A stretch of 64,000 nucleotides of DNA, taken from Euprymna scolopes (lineage: Eukaryota). The notes beneath the pieces are model-generated. The model ran no database searches. It was not told where the DNA came from and worked only from the letters and a program-made list of their open reading frames with translations. The DNA is taken from NCBI GenBank assembly GCA_053919585.1, contig CM132804.1; one strand, given 5' to 3'. Numbering within the stretch: position 1 is the first letter of the stretch; each line of letters starts with the position of its first letter. Positions 24,250 to 36,337 of this stretch are shown here, piece by piece. The position numbers and the translations under genes are program-made.

Positions 24250-25004
24250 TTTACTTTCTTTCCACCTCCAGCAGTCACCGTTAAATTAACGACTTTGGAG
24301 GTATTCGGTTATGCTGAAAACGAATAGCACATTTAAATTTGTTCAAGTAGTTTCTGGATATTAAAACCTTTATTAGCCGATGTAATCCATTATATGTTTA
24401 CGAGAGGCCATGTTTTTTCCCATCCCAGTTGAACAAGTGCCAATGCGCATGCATGTTACAAAACATCACCTCCTCCACATTTTAAGAATGGCGAACACCA
24501 CTGACATTTATTAAGTAAAGAGCATTGGAATCATGATAGAAACCCACCCAATAAATGTCAGTATGGGTGGGTTTCTACCACCATTTTAATTTATTTTTTA
24601 TTTTGAAGTGATTGTCGAGGCTTCAGAGATGTAAAGAGACATCGCGCCCATCTTTCCTTGTTCTCCGACAGCGTTCAACATTACTTTTATTTCGAATAAA
24701 AACACTAGAAACTTATTCAGTTAGGTGGAAAAGTAACTTATCTTGGTAAATTTTTACGACGTGCCCCACTGCCCCACTGCCCCAGCGTATTATAAACACC
24801 CCAACCTCCCCATGTTAAGAACGGCTTCCGTAATAACCCCCCCCCAACCTCGAAAGCTGTTCTTAACATGGGGAGGCTGAGGGTGTTTATTCCGAAAGCC
24901 GTTCTTAACATGGGGTGGTTGGGGGTGTTTATACTACGCAGGAGCAGGTCGTAAAAAAAAACCCTTATCTTGCCTTTGATATCATTTATTTTTTATATTA
25001 TATA

Positions 25005-25082
<78 letters not shown>

Positions 25083-25335
25083 GTAGAAATATATTTTCTT
25101 GTTATATATCAATCCTTATATTTATTTATATATATAACTTATATATATATATATATATGACAACGTTTTCGTACTTCCGTGGATTGTAAAGCAAACTTGA
25201 AAAATGTCTTAATATCCAGGAAACTACTTGTTTGCACCAAATTTAAATGTGATATTCGTTTTCAGCATACCTGAAAACTTTTAAAAGTCATTTTAAAGGT
25301 TAATGTTAAGGTAGAAAGAAAGTAAAAATTTACAA
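24250..25335. mobile_element. DNA-transposon-derived element with ~120-bp inverted arms and nested insertions
   Basis: ATGCTGAAAACGAATAGCACATTTAAATTTG...GTAGTTTCTGGATATTAA (near 24310) mirrored by TTAATATCCAGGAAACTAC...CAAATTTAAATGTGATATTCGTTTTCAGCAT (near 25210). Confidence 0.6.
24745..24963. mobile_element. Merlin-like MITE with perfect 8-bp TSD
   Basis: GGTAAATTTTTACGAC...GTCGTAAAAAAAAACC flanked by CTTATCTT on both sides (24737-44, 24964-71); internal inverted CCCCATGTTAAGAAC motifs. Confidence 0.75.
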
Positions 25336-25565
25336 AAATAAATAAAAATAAAGTTTAACAAACTCCCCCCCCCCAAAAAAAAAGCATAGCAGTTGGGCTC
25401 CAAATCATAAACTGCTTCGGCCATTTCTGGTATTCGTCAGGACTGGCTCACTTAGTTCTGAAATCCTCTGGGTACCCATTGCTCACAAGTACCAATATTT
25501 CTGTTCAATTGTTAAATCTAATGCAATTGTGATTTGAGAATGATCTTGTCCGTTTTGTTTACAAG

Positions 25566-25787
25566 TTTTTTTTTTTTTTTTTACACAGTGATCACCATTT
25601 ATCAGTGCCCGGAAGCCACTCAGGGATAAGGGTTATTGCAAGTACATTACATTAGTGTGGAGATTTGATGAAGTGTTTACTTAAGGGGGCGGTTCATTAG
25701 GAATTTGTTAACATTGGACTTGAAGACATCCAAGTTGTAGTCCGGTGGGAAGCAGGCAGACGGAACAGAGTTCCACAGGCGTGCAGT
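25566..25787 (-). mobile_element. CR1 subfamily A 3' stub
   Basis: PolyT, then the reverse complement of the subfamily A 3' UTR and LWNSVPSACFP. Confidence 0.9.
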
Positions 25788-26194
25788 GGGTGTGTTTTCA
25801 TTTCAAAGGATTTTTTCTTCAGATTTGTAAAATAAGAACTTCTTATATTATTGGTAAAAGTACATGTGGTTTTTTGCTAGAACAGTGACTCCACTCTCTC
25901 ATATAAATAGTGTCTATCTTTGATTTTAAGAAACCTTAATTTTCGTTATAAACTTAAAATGTTTTTATAGAAACACACTCGTCTCCAATCGGATGTATCA
26001 GAACAGACACTAGACTTTGCTCCTGGCTAAAGAATTAAATAAAGTGATAATGCTCCTTAATTTGAATGAGGAAAAAGTGAATCCATGCATGATGTGTGAT
26101 AAAAAAAAAACAGCGACGCTGGTGAAAATACCATCTCTACTTTTTAAATAACACGCTGAGTGATTGTCACATTATCCAATCAGAACACTTTCAG

Positions 26195-26620
26195 AACCTC
26201 TTTCCCACAGAAGAGACGTTGCGAGCCTGTCTCTGCTTTATCTTTATTTTTATGGCCAGTGCTCGTCTGAGCTCCAATCTATGGTTCCCCCTTGCCAAAC
26301 TTTCACAAAGAACTCTCGTCTAGCCAAAACCACTATCAATAATTTCCAACAAAGCTTCTTTCTTAGAACTGCACACCTGTGGAATTCTCTTCCGTTTGCC
26401 TGCTTTCCAGCTGACTACAATTTGATTGTCTTCAAGTCCAATATAAACAATTTCTTGGTGAACCGTCTCCCTAAGTAATCCAATTTACAAAATTTCCATT
26501 ACTTATGATTACTAAGCTATAATCCCATTGAATAATGTACACCTATTAACACTTATCCTCGAGTAGCCTCTGGGCCTTGATAAGTAGTGACTCCTATGTA
26601 AAAAAAAAAAAAAGAAAAAA
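26195..26620 (+). mobile_element. CR1 subfamily A 3' fragment
   Basis: PLSHRRDVASLSL...LWNSLPFACFP, 3' stem-loop, polyA. Confidence 0.9.
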
Positions 26621-26819
26621 AGTTGGACGTTTTGACGTTAAGCTGTTCCCGTCTTGTTCCAAAAAGACTTCAAGTGTGTGAGATATGTAGATTCCCGACT
26701 GAGTTAATAGTTCAAATGTACACGTATCCACCGACGGCATGCTTTTGTTTTGTTTTTTTTTGGTAATGTAACTCTTTCTTGGCCCCTGGCTGTTTGTTTT
26801 TTAAAACTATGTACGAGTA

Positions 26820-27830
26820 AAATTGATTTAAAGTGTAAGATAACGGAGATGGATGAGAATTCAGATATGGACAAAGTATATCTAGATATTGAAGCTACTG
26901 AGACTGTCAAAAGGTTTTGTTAAACCAAGTGATGCTGTTGGAACACCGGGTGGAGCAGGTAGTGTGATGATGTATGGACATGTGTTGCATGGAGAGAAAT
27001 GATATGATATGATGGATGTGTAATGTGAGTCTTAGACAGGTTTAGATCTGATGACCTCAGAGGAGGATGGAATTTAAATATATGGAGTTGTGTGCAGAAG
27101 AGTAGACTTCAATGATAGGTAGTATAAAATGCAGACAAAAAAAAAAGAAATCTTATTCTAACATTTAAAAATGGCTTTATTGATTATCTTTGTTAGTTGC
27201 ATGCAGAGAGAAATGGGTTGTATAGAAAAAGGGTTGGTCGTTAAGAGTTTCTGTGTAGAGACGTTGATGATTATACAGGTTTGTTGAAAGAGAAAAGTGT
27301 TCAGTGGATATGTGAAGTTGGTAACAGGAGCATGCGTCCATGTATGGATGGGGAAAAAGATTAGAGAATCTTGTCGTAAAAAGAGAGCACGTGTTTGTAC
27401 TGCATGTGGAGAAATCCATGTTGGCTTGTTTGTCTTCCGTTGTAGTTGAATCCTGAGCCTGTAGGCTGGGTGTTGACTTGTTGAGTCCTAAGCTTGAAGT
27501 TGGGGGCGACAGGTTCATTCCACATTGAGTTGTTGTCAGTCCAAGATCTAGGGAGAAAGAAAGAGAGCATGTTACTGGCTTAACGTTTTATAAACTCAGT
27601 CAAGTGACTGAGAGTTGGCTTCAGATTGGATATACCAGGAAGGAAGTGTATTTCAAAATCCTCAACTATGAGAATTTGCTCCTTTTGTGATTGTTGCAAT
27701 TTTTGTCTACTGAAAGTTATTGGGTTAGTAGATGTAGTTAGCAGGTTTAGTTCACATAGGATGGACAAGGAAAACATGGGGGGGTGGAGTGATAAGGATG
27801 CAGTTTATAGAAAGAGGAATAAATAAAGAT
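26820..27830 (-). mobile_element. Old degenerate non-LTR retrotransposon fragment (clade uncertain)
   Basis: Broken reverse-strand ORFs with composition like a LINE C-terminus; no intact diagnostic motif. Confidence 0.3.
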
Positions 27831-27879
27831 CTGAGCAGAGATAGATTATTTTGGAAGTCAGTTTCTTAAAGCCGTTCAA

Positions 27880-28978
27880 CACATGCCAATATGTAAAACA
27901 GATTCATTGGACTACTGTTCTCATCTTGAGTGTGATTTTCATAATGTTTCGGCCAATGTAACCTCTGACCATTTTCAGGTGTATCCTGTCGAACTCAGGA
28001 ATTTGAACGGAATTTTGAACAGAACCCTTTATTTACTTCACAGCTCTTGTTCCATCAGCCACGACTGGATGGAGGCCCTAATTAATTCACAATTGTAGTT
28101 TTTGGTCGCCCAACCTTCAGGAGAATATCACTTTTACAATTGACTTTTCCCCAGTACTCTAACCACTGCGCCACGAGTCCTTGCGTTCTAGTGTGAATTT
28201 TAGGAGCCTTAAACCTCTTTTTATTTCTAGTTGTAAATGTCACTATTTTTATTACTAATTATTACTATATATTAATGTATATCTATCTCTATACTTATTA
28301 CTTGTATATATTAATGTTTTTACTTATTACTTGTATATATTATCTATTGTTTTTATCTGTTACTGTATATATTATCTATTCCCATATCGTATTGAATTCT
28401 ATACTAAGTCTACTTAGTAATTGGTAATTTCATAGCATATGTGCTGCTTCTTTCAGTCATCTTACTCTCCACTGTTCTTCTCTGTTTATAATTTTTGCTT
28501 CGGTCCATAATGGTAGATAGTTTCCCTTTTCTCTCCAGATATAGTTAGCTATTCCTGATTTTTCAATTTCTCCACATACTATGGCTTTTTGATGTTCTCC
28601 TAACCATACTTTCAGTGGACGACACATGTAACCTTTGTATAGTTTTCAACATTTACATGGGATCTCATATACACAGATCTTAGTCATGATTTTTTTCTGT
28701 AGGGGGCTTGACTCTCATAAGTTGTTTTTGGAGAGTTGAATCACTCCTGAATACTGTCCTGATGTCATATGGATGACATATTCATTGAAGTTTTTCAGAC
28801 AAGCCCTTCATGTATGGTGTACAAACTGTGGTGAGTTTCTGAGTCGTGTCCTTTTGTGTCTGGTCTAGATTTATTGAAGCTGATGTCATGCTCTCTAGAT
28901 AGTTGTTTCTGCGGAGGTTTGACATTGCTGTTACTATATATTGCTTTTGCTCAATGTTATAGGCAATGAATGATTCCT
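27880..28978 (-). mobile_element. Penelope-like element (Poseidon/Penelope-type GIY-YIG end plus pLTR)
   Basis: Reverse strand PYMKGLSEKLQ, CVYEIPCKC*KLYKG...RPLKVWLGEHQKA...EKSGIANYIW...KEAAH; downstream hammerhead remnant CTGAAAA-T-GGTCA...TGGCC-GAAAC at 27938-27985. Confidence 0.85.
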
Positions 28979-28983
28979 CGATG

Positions 28984-29832
28984 GAGGCTTCCTTTCTAGG
29001 GCAATTGCCTCTGTTAAGGAATCATTCAGTGCCTACAACATCGAACAAAAGCAATATGTAATAACAGCAATGCATATCAAGAGATGGACAGTTTAAGAGA
29101 AACCTTCTATTGAAACAATTATCCAGAGAGGGTATGGCATAAAAGTCTATTCCACAAAATCTCCAGTTACGGTATAGCTGGAAATGTCTTTTTAATTATT
29201 AAATCATTTCTCTCTGGTAGGTTTATAAGAGTAGTGGTTGATGGGCAGAAATCAGAAGCGCACAGTATTAATGTTGAATCCCTCAGGGATTCATCCTGGG
29301 CCCATCTCTCTTCTTGATCTACATCAATGATTTCCCAAATTACATCCTAAGATCATTCATAGACATTTATGCTGACGACACTACCATCTATGGCAACACT
29401 TCAAAAGCCATAAACGATCAAGTTCTCTCTGATTCACTCTCCTCTGATCTTGATCACATGGTGCAATGGGGAAAGGAGTGGCTGGTTACTTTTAATGCAT
29501 CTAAAACCAAGCTTCTATCTTTACATCATCAATGCTCTGATCCCTGAATGGCTCTTGTCTTGGAGAGGCTCCTTGTTTTGACAAGCTTCTGGGTCTAACC
29601 TTTACTCCTGATCTGAGATGGAACACGTACATCAAATCTGTTGCCAAGGCTGCTGGAAAAATGTTGGGATCATTCTACCACTCCAGTAGATATCTCACTG
29701 CTGATACAATCCTCTACCTGTAAAAGAGCCAAGTACGTTCAAGGATGAAGTACTGTTGTCACATCTGGGCAGGAGCTGCTAGAAGCAGCTTATCCTGCCT
29801 CGGCAGAGTTCAAAATAGACTTCATAGCCTTC
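28984..29832 (+). mobile_element. CR1 subfamily A internal RT fragment
   Basis: GFLSRAIA / VWHKSLFHKISSYG, QGFILGPSLFLIYINDFP...YADDTTIY, KYCCHIWAGA. Confidence 0.9.
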
Positions 29833-31288
29833 ATAGCAATCTATGGTTCCTCCTGGCCTGAGCCAGCTTCCTAGAGGAAGAGCACTTTGGCCTGCCAAAA
29901 ATGCATTGGCAGTCTTGTTAGCATTCCCCTGTAGGGATGACTCGGGCAATTAGCAATGAACTAACCGCTTCTCAAAGAGAAAAGGTAAAGCCTGGAAAGC
30001 GAGGGTGACCTAGAATTGCACATGACCAGCAACATATTGTATTCAACAGGGGAAAAGCCATTTCAGAAATAGCCTAGACTATTGGGTTTGATGTTGAGAA
30101 GAAAAAAGAGTAAATCTCCTCTTCTTTCTTTTTTATTCCTTACTCTCGTAACAAGGCCTTGTGGAAACTTATTTAGTCTTTGTTTTATGCTATGTTGCAA
30201 TTCTCCACATATGCCTGCAAATGTGCGAAAATTCATTCGTAGTGTGAGCTGAGAAAGAAATTCTGTTGCTACAAAACGTGGGAACATGCATCTATTGTGT
30301 CAGCAGTATTGCTGCTTGTCTGCTTGCTTTCTTTAGGAAGTTTATCGACAAATAGAGCCTATTTAAAAACATGAAACAACAACAACAAAAAAAAAATCTA
30401 ACAATTGTAGATAAAATGGCAAAAACACTTTCTTCAGATTCAACAAAAGTTTATTAAATGTATGCTTTTTTTATAGAGTGCCAAAAAAAAGTTGACGACG
30501 TTCTTCTTTTTTATACAAAATAATTAGAAAAATATCTATCGTCTAAAATTTAGATCACCTTGTTAAAAAAGGGCATTATCAAAAGAAAAAGAAAAACAAT
30601 TTGTATGAACAACTTTGTTAAGGAAACAGAAGGTAAAAGTTTGTAAAGCATAAAGATTCAAAGTATCTAACAACATTCTGGTAAATTAAGTGTTGTGTCA
30701 GTAAGAAAAATTATGTATACACGTTCATTTCGGCTGGTGCCATGTGCATTTGTGTGTCTGTGTGAGAGTGTGTAAATGGGGTAGGCATGAAGATATATGT
30801 TGTGACGTAATCCATGACTTGAATTGCGTAATTAATTAAAAATCGAAATATTTATTTCCGGGCCAACAAGAAATGTATCGTTTTTTTTTTTTTTGTTATT
30901 TTATTATTTTACCAAAGGCAAATGAACATAGTTTCAAGAGAAAGAGAGAGAGAGAAAAAGAAAGTATAGAAAAAAAGAGGGAGAGGCTAAACCTAAAAAG
31001 AGAGAAAGAGGCAGTGAGTATAGGAAAGAAGGAGAGAGAGGTGAGAAAAGCCTTTTGACCAGAAACCCATTGACCTATGCGGGTTGCTAGGCAACAAAGA
31101 ATAAAGGAAAGAAAGTGGCTAAGAAAGATACTGAGAAGAGGGAGAGAGAGAGACAAAGAAAAAAGAGAAGAGGCCTTTTTGGTACAACAGTCGCCGCTGG
31201 CCGTGCTGCCAGACGGATGTGCGAAAGTCCCACCCCAGCGACAGAGGCAGCGATGCCGTCGCGATAGGAGGTATCACCCCACCCCCTT

Positions 31289-31465
31289 CAACAGCAAAAG
31301 GAGATAACGCTTGGGAGAAACTCCACCAACAGCGAAAGAGACGAAGTAATGCTTGGGAGAAATTCCATACCAACAGCAAAAAGAGATAACGCCTGGGAGA
31401 AATTCCATACCAACAGCAAAAGGAGGTAACACCTGGGAGAAACTCCATACCAATGGCGAAAGGAT
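31289..31465 (+). repeat. ~40-bp tandem repeat (4.5 copies) inside the 5' LTR
   Basis: Unit CAACAGCAAAAGGAGATAACGCCTGGGAGAAATTCCATAC. Confidence 0.9.
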
Positions 31466-32205
31466 GCGACGTTGACGGCGATAAATGGCGAATTTTACAC
31501 ATGTGCGTTTTAATCCGGAGGGACAGATATGAAAGACATTTTGATCAACCGCTTGGAACGAAAAGAAAGAAAAGATAAAAAAAAAAAAGAAAATCAGTAA
31601 GTCATCTCCGTGAATATTTCCCTCTCTCGTATATTAAGACATTGAATTCATTTTGCCATCATTTGTTTGCACTAAAGATACACTTTTTGTTTTGATATAT
31701 TTCTCGTTGGCATCCTTGAATAGTAGACAAAAATACCCCTCCCCATCTTTATAATTTGTTCTTTTTTTATTTTCACTTAATTGCATTATTCCTCCCCTAC
31801 CATAGTTAGTCATTGTTTTATAATAAAATTGAATTTCGAAAATATTACCATTGCGTGTCGTGTTTTCCATTATTTTCATATGCTGTTCGTCGTCTATTGT
31901 ATATTTCTAGTTTTGAAAGAATCTCCTCACATTTTTATTTTAGCAAGGTGTCTCAAATCCATGGCCTACGTGTTTTAATGTACATTGTATTTCATGAATG
32001 TCTTATTATTTTTTTTTATTACGAACTCACGAATGTGTTGTTATTGTCTATTTGCATTAATAATAATGGAATTCGTAATAAAATGGGGACTCGTCCGGGA
32101 TGATTCTTTCTTTATAAAACCCTTTAGATGGACGGCACACGTGTGAGGTAAGGAAAGCCATAGAGATAAAAATAACGAAGTTTGTAGAATTAAGGGGATA
32201 CAAAA

Positions 32206-33494
32206 ATGACTAGAAACATTTTTAAAGTCGACTTCGTGCGAATGCCTTCAAAAATTACCCAAGGATGATATCGTAGCAATAGGGAGACATTATGGACTAG
32301 ATGTTAGACCTGCTCTTCGTAGAGCACAATTAATTCCTATAGTAGAGAAGTATCTTAAAAGTCAAAATAAAAACGTTATGACAAGAGTAGATAGCTTCAT
32401 AGAATCTCTCTCATTCAAAGGACTACGTAGCTTTAAAAAGGACAATATTATAGTCATAGGAAAACATTATAACCTAGCTATCACGCCCAGTATGTGGAAG
32501 ACGCAGTTGGAACGAATAGCGACAATATACTTTTTTTCTTTTTCTTTTTTTATTCAATTTTCACCCCAAACAAGGCACAGTGCCACTTTGAAGCAGGGGG
32601 GCTACTATTAGGGACTTAATTAGCGGGGTCATTATGAAGGGAGAAAATAAAATATTCGATAAAGCCACGTTAAAATTAGTACCGACAGCTGAAGAGAAGA
32701 TTTGCGTAGAGACAGAGAAAACTAATATAAAAATCAGTCAAGCGACTAGTACGGAAGAAGTGAAGGCGTTGCTAGACGAACATATTTGTGCAGTAGCCAT
32801 GTTCACAAATAGAAATTAGACGATAAAGGTGATAAGGACCACGATAATACATCAAAATACAAGGACGACGACAGTTATAAGCTAGATGATAACGATTATG
32901 ACGACAGCGGTAGTAAAAGAATATCTGAGGGGGAGAAATTCATTAAGGAAGTCAATGAGACTAAACTTTCCTATGTTGGAAAGAAGGTTGGTGAAGTCCA
33001 CGTAAATGATAATGTTGACGGTGAAGGTGACAGTAATAATGATTACAACGATGATGATAGTGATGTTGATGAAAATAAACCAAATAATGAAGACGACGGT
33101 AATATTACTTGCGAGAATGAACCATGTGACGGAGGTAGAATATGCAGGAAAATATTTATAGCAGCAGAGGAAATTTCAATTAATAACTCAAAAGGGAAAG
33201 ATAACGACGATAGTGATAATGACGAGTTAAGTGTGGAAAGCATTGACGACCTCAACGAGAATAAGTGACAACAACGATGGAGACAGTAATAATGATGAGC
33301 TTAACAAAGACGGTAATAATCATGAAGACCAGATGAGAACTGAAGATGTAGTATACGACGATAGTGAGGATGACGGGGAAGAGAATAACGACGGCAACTA
33401 TGTATGTGATATTAATAAAGATACACCAAGTGACGAAAATGATGAAGACGGTGACAGTTATAAGAATAAAACTAAGAGAGATAATTTACGCTGA
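32206..33494 (+). pseudogene. Disrupted ORF of the LTR element: two gag-N-like helical repeats plus Asp/Asn/Glu-rich tail
   Basis: ETFLKSTSCECLQKLPKDDIVAIGRHYGLDV...LIPIVEKYL and DSFIESLSFKGLRSFKKDNIIVIGKHYNLAI...LERIATIY are in one frame. Interrupted by a CR1 tail and frameshifts; acidic frames at 32813-33268 and 33260-33494. Confidence 0.65.
32531..32613 (-). mobile_element. CR1 subfamily B 3'-tail-only insertion
   Basis: T-rich tract then TTTTCACCCCAAACAAGGCACAGTGCCACTTTG, matching the 3' end of the copy at 8140. Confidence 0.75.
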
Positions 33495-34559
33495 CAAAAA
33501 AATTGGTATAAAGGCCATCCGTCAGATAAATACTTGGAGGCACTCCCACTCAAGTTAGCGTTTTGCAAGGCAGTGAAAACCACGAGGATTGTGATAATTG
33601 CCTGTGCCACTTGCCCCAAACTTTATGAAAAACCGCGTTATACCACGCTTTTTCATTTTTTCTGGTGGGATGATGTGACGTAATCCATGACTTGCATTAC
33701 GTAATTAATTAAAAATCGAAAAATTTAATTCCGGGCCAACGAGAAATGTATCGTTGTTTTTGTTATTTTATTATTTTGCCAAAGGCAAATGAACGTAATT
33801 TCAAGAGAGAGAGAAAAAGAAAGTATAGAAAAAAGAGGGAGAGGCTAAACCTAAAAAGAGAGAGAAAGACGCAGTGAGTATAGGAAAGAAGGAGAGAGAG
33901 GTGAGAAAAGCCTTTTGACACGCAAGCTAGCGAGATGACCAGGTCATTTGACCAGAAACCCATCGACCCACATTTTTATTTCGAGGTGTATCGAACCCAG
34001 GGCCTACGTGTTTTAATGTACATTGTATTTCATGAATGTCTTATTATTTTTTTTATTACGAACTCACGAATGCGTTGTTATTGTCTATTTGCATTAATAA
34101 TAATGGAATTCGTAATAATGTGTATATATGTGTGTTTTTTTGTTTTATGAACTTATATGTATGTGTATTTGGTAAGCTGTGTGTGTGTTTCACTTGGCAT
34201 ACAGTAGGTAGTGAATGTTTCTCATCACACATGTTGTCGAGCCCAGGCTGGATGTGATATGTGAACGTGTGTTGTGTTGTCTTGACAAGAAAAATTTTGG
34301 AAAAAGAGAGAAAAAAAGTTGTGTGTTTGGGGTTTTTCTTTTTTTTTGGTACATGCTGCGATTCAGCATTAATATTCTCACATTTGTTATTAGTTGCAAA
34401 CTGTTGCAAACTGCTGAGCTGCAAAACTGTCACAAACAATTCTACTTGCTCCATATATTTAGTTTCAACCGGAAATCTTAGACGTCTGGTCTTTGTCCAA
34501 GAGCGACTGATAAATGGAAAATGACGTCCTCTCAACCACTCCCAGCTAAATTCTCAGAA

Positions 34560-35303
34560 ACTGGCCATTAACTGTAAGGTGTCCTTCCTATCTTAAGATT
34601 TCAAAAGATTTTGGCAAACCCAACCACCAATATCAATGACAAATAACGCCTTACCTGAGAATTCTTCCTTCAAACTCCTTGGCTTAACATTCACAGGCAA
34701 TATGAACTGGAACAAATACATTGAGGACATTGCAAAAGCTGCTGCAAAGAAAATGGGTTTCCTCTATTATGCTAGAAGACTACTCACACTTGTACCTCTA
34801 CAAAGCCACCATTCGCCCATGCATGGAGTACTGTTGCCACATCTGGGCTGGTGCACCTACCACTAGCCTCTCCCTCTTGGATAGGGTCCAAACAAGAGTC
34901 TCCAATCTAATAGGTCACACTTTGTCAACTAAGCTCCAACCCCTGTTCCATCACTGCAATGTTGCATCCCTGTGCCTGTTTTACAAATATCTTAATGGAA
35001 TGCGTTCTGATGAATTTCTTGCACTTGTGCCCCCTCGACATACATACCCCTGACAAACCTGCTTAGCAACACAATCACATCCTTCACTGTTGAGGTCCCT
35101 AAATACCGGAAAGCTTTCTACTTTAATAGGTTCTTCCCTTGAACAGCTACACTTTGGAATTCCGTTCCTGTTACCTGCTTCCCTGACTATACTGATATGC
35201 AGAAGTTTAAATGTAACGTAAACCAACATCTTGTTCATCTTCCGTAAGGATCATCCCAAATAGTAGCCCCTTACATTCAAGTGGCGATTTACCTTATTGA
35301 GCT
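34560..35303 (+). mobile_element. CR1 subfamily B, 5'-truncated
   Basis: KLLGLTF...WNKYIEDIAK, LYKATIRPCMEYCCHIWAGA, polyA. Confidence 0.9.
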
Positions 35304-35740
35304 AAGCGTGAGTAAAAAAAAAGAAGACCCCCCCCCCCTTCATCTCTTTACTCCTCTAAGTTCTGATAACTTTTCTCTTCTCTGGTGAATCACTTCCTCA
35401 CATTGTCCTGGATCATGGCTTTTTTACTTCTGGAAACTTCGTTGTGTTGAATTATTTCCTAACATTCTCCAGGGGAAGGGGTCTTAACACTGGTGGCAGG
35501 GGTGGTCTGTCGTATCACAATATAGATTTTATCAAAATAATATATATTTGAAGTTTTAAGAGGTTTTATCCCCATAGCTCCCTTGGGTTAGAAGGGCTCT
35601 GACAGATTCAGAACCACTTCCATTGTCTTCCCTTGTAAATTTTACATAATACACTTTTGGATTTTATGAAGATTTTCTAACCGTTTTTTTTTTTTTTTTT
35701 TTGTATAGGGAACACGCACATACAAACTGATAAGTTTTAT

Positions 35741-36337
35741 GGGTTTGTTTTACTGTACATATAGATTCGAAAAAGTTGTCACAAAACAATATATATATAA
35801 CAAATAAATGTTATCAAAAACAAGATAAGTTACTCTTCTACCCAACTGGATATGTTTTTAGTGTTTATATTTAATGCAACATGCTTATTCAGCTCGAAAA
35901 ATATAGTGTTTACCGACGTATTGGAAAATTCAAAATGGTGGCTGACTCTCTCTTGGAGACGGTAAGTTTGGGAAAAGGAGTTATAAATAAAAAAAGTCAA
36001 AATACTGTTAAAAACCCGCCAAATATATGTCAGCCTATGTCACGGTAACATATATTGAGCGAGTTTCTAACAGTATTTTGTCTGTTTTTTTATTTATAAC
36101 TCATTTTCCCAAACTTACCGTCTCCGAGAGAGAGTCGGCTGCCATTTTAAATTTTCCAATACATCGGTAAACACTGTATGTTTTTGAGCTGATTAAACAT
36201 GTTACATTAAATATAAACACTAAAAACATATCCAGTTAGGTAGAAAAGTAACCTATCTTGCCTTTGATAACATTTATTTGTTATATATTTGTTTTTTGAC
36301 AACTTTTTCGAATCTATGTGTACAGTAAAACAAACCC
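35741..36337. mobile_element. ~600-bp palindromic (foldback) MITE, Merlin/MULE-like
   Basis: Arms of ~295 bp are reverse complements almost to the centre; termini GGGTTTGTTTTACTGTAC/GTACAGTAAAACAAACCC; perfect 8-bp TSD AGTTTTAT. Confidence 0.9.

Larger units (their letters stand above)
30801..34117 (+). mobile_element. Non-autonomous Gypsy-like LTR element (5' LTR 30801-32080, 3' LTR 33674-34117)
   Basis: Direct repeats starting TGTGACGTAATCC and ending TTCGTAATA; 4-bp TSD ATGT; PBS TGGGGACTCGTCCGGGAT (32084-32101, one mismatch to the tRNA-Pro PBS); PPT-like GGTGGGATGA; no pol motifs. Confidence 0.92.

Noticed and set aside
24915-25160. ORFs with YIYIYI/THTHTH runs (also 6104, 23089, 41533, 17066)
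   Set aside because: These are translations of microsatellites.
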